From assembly GCA_963826525.1 (NCBI GenBank), contig CAWGXH010000004.1, positions 928,001-992,000 on the forward strand: a DNA stretch of 64,000 nt. Reading direction: 5' to 3'. A program made the translations under genes and the position numbers. The notes under the pieces were generated by a model, which ran no database searches, was not told where the DNA came from, and was given only the letters and a program-made list of their open reading frames with translations. Positions within the stretch are counted from its first letter, which is position 1. The number at the start of each line of letters is the position of its first letter. This DNA comes from an uncultured Methanomicrobiaceae archaeon (lineage in GTDB: Archaea; Halobacteriota; Methanomicrobia; Methanomicrobiales; Methanoculleaceae). Below are positions 62,609 through 64,000 of this stretch, one piece after another.

Positions 62609-63163
62609 TCGTTCCAGAAGACGCCCGGGAACGTATGCGGGACACAATATCGTCACGTGGAACGGCACGTTCGTTGCAATCCAGGCCTGGTGTACGCTCT
62701 GATCCTAAGTATGTGTCCCCCCCAAAAGTGCCGGTGTTTGAAAATTTATCCGGTTCGAAGCCACGTTCACGTAATCAATCCAGGGAAAAATCGCACCATA
62801 AGCCGGATCGCGAGCACGGCCAATCCCCGAGTTATCGCGTCGGAAGGGGGTCTCCCTCTTCTGTGATCCGGGGGAGAAGAGCGGGACGCGTTCTGCAGCC
62901 GGGATTACCTGACGGTAATAGGCCTGCCTGCGTCGACCGGAGTTACCGTAAGGTCGATACGACGTCCGCCCCGTCCCGGCAAGTCCCGTGAACATCGTTG
63001 GGCGGATCGGGGGCGATGCCGCGAGGCTGCGTGATGCCCTGGGGGCAGGGGGCAGTGCGGGTGGAGAAGGTCTGATCCCCTCCCGCCGATGCCTGTGCCC
63101 AGGGGATACTGTTATATCAGACCTCTGTGAGTGTAAGCATCGTTACAGGGGGAAGCGTCAGGG

Positions 63164-64000
63164 ATGGGAATACTCGGGCACCTCTTCGGGGGGAGAGAGG
63201 AAGGGTCAGATGTGCCCCGGCACGACCGCGACCACGAAAGGGCATGGAACAGCGCCGCGATCGCTTTTGCCCGGGAAGGAAGGTTTGACGATGCGGTCGG
63301 CTGTTTCGATCGGGCGCTCGTGACCGATCCGAAGAATCCGAAGCTCTGGAACAACAAAGGCGTGTTTCTTGAACTCCAGAACCGGGACCAGGACGCGCTG
63401 GCCTGCTTTACGGAGGCTCTTTCTATCGACCCCGGATTCGTCCCGGCATGGATCTCGCGGGGAATGATGCACCGGCGCCGGGGCAGGCTAACCGAGGCTC
63501 TGGACTGTTACGACCGGGCGCTTACCCTCGATCCGGGATCGGTTATCGGCTGGTACAACCGGAGCGGTGTCTTCATGGCGCTCGACCGGATACCGGAAGC
63601 GGTATCCTGCTATGAAAAGGCGCTTGCTATCGATCCGCATTTCGTCCCGGGGTGGATCGATCTCGGGTATGCCCATTTCACCCAGCAGCGCTATGAAGAG
63701 GCACTCTCCTGTTACGACCGGGCACTGGCATCCGACGCTGAGAATACGCGTGCCTGGAGCCTGAAGGGCGGAGCGCTCTATGCCTCCGGGAAGTACCGGC
63801 AGGCACTTTCATGTTTCGACCGAGTGCTTGCGTTCGATCCCGCCTCCGCCTCCGGGTGGAGCATGAAGTGCAGCGTGCTCTTCCGTATGGAGCGGTACCG
63901 GGACGCCCTCACCTGCGCCGATCGGGCGCTCGCACTCGAGTCGGACTGTTCCGTGACCCTGCAGGTTCGCGAACGGCTGCTGGAGATCATTGGTGACTGA
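63164..64000 (+). CDS. Tetratricopeptide repeat protein
   Basis: About seven 34-aa repeats W..KG/RG...A..C(F/Y)DRAL..DP; stop at the window end. Confidence 0.92.
   Translation: MGILGHLFGGREEGSDVPRHDRDHERAWNSAAIAFAREGRFDDAVGCFDRALVTDPKNPKLWNNKGVFLELQNRDQDALACFTEALSIDPGFVPAWISRGMMHRRRGRLTEALDCYDRALTLDPGSVIGWYNRSGVFMALDRIPEAVSCYEKALAIDPHFVPGWIDLGYAHFTQQRYEEALSCYDRALASDAENTRAWSLKGGALYASGKYRQALSCFDRVLAFDPASASGWSMKCSVLFRMERYRDALTCADRALALESDCSVTLQVRERLLEIIGD

Noticed and set aside
62740-63104. SRP RNA or RNase P RNA
   Set aside because: Could not find the SRP helix-8 motif or the RNase P GAGGAAAGUCC / terminal P4 consensus on either strand.
1-64000. CRISPR arrays, tRNA/rRNA genes, IS elements, provirus
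   Set aside because: No regularly spaced direct repeats, cloverleaf motifs, transposase, integrase or capsid genes were recognised by eye.

Overview
GC-rich, gene-dense chromosome segment of a hydrogenotrophic methanogen, most consistent with Methanomicrobiales (Methanoculleus-like; inferred from gene content, not a database search). In order, it holds: a nitrogen-assimilation island (split archaeal glutamate synthase plus FrhB-like subunit, glnA, a second FMN GltB-type protein, NrpR-like operators); Mrp, MoaD and AOR; TsaA and RNase HI; a PRTase followed by four tandem YbhB/YbcL (PEBP) paralogs; two P-type ATPases; two radical SAM enzymes; several transporters; a complete echABCDEF operon; RNase III; two moeA genes; fwdDBAC; dinB; an HNH nuclease; and a TPR protein. 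No rRNA, tRNA, CRISPR array or transposase was recognised. About 19 single-base frameshifts, including in core genes (fwdA, fwdD, echB), most likely reflect sequencing or assembly indels, so split genes are reported as one CDS with manually estimated starts and breakpoints. Most notable observations: (1) two 'hypothetical' paralogs flanking the ech region carry DEDDh 3'-5' exonuclease motifs with an atypical ExoII site, and one lies next to RNase III and a ClpP-fold protease; (2) a four-copy PEBP array in which two copies have lost the ligand-pocket residues; (3) two hairpin-dense non-coding regions, one the fwd leader and one downstream of the HNH gene.
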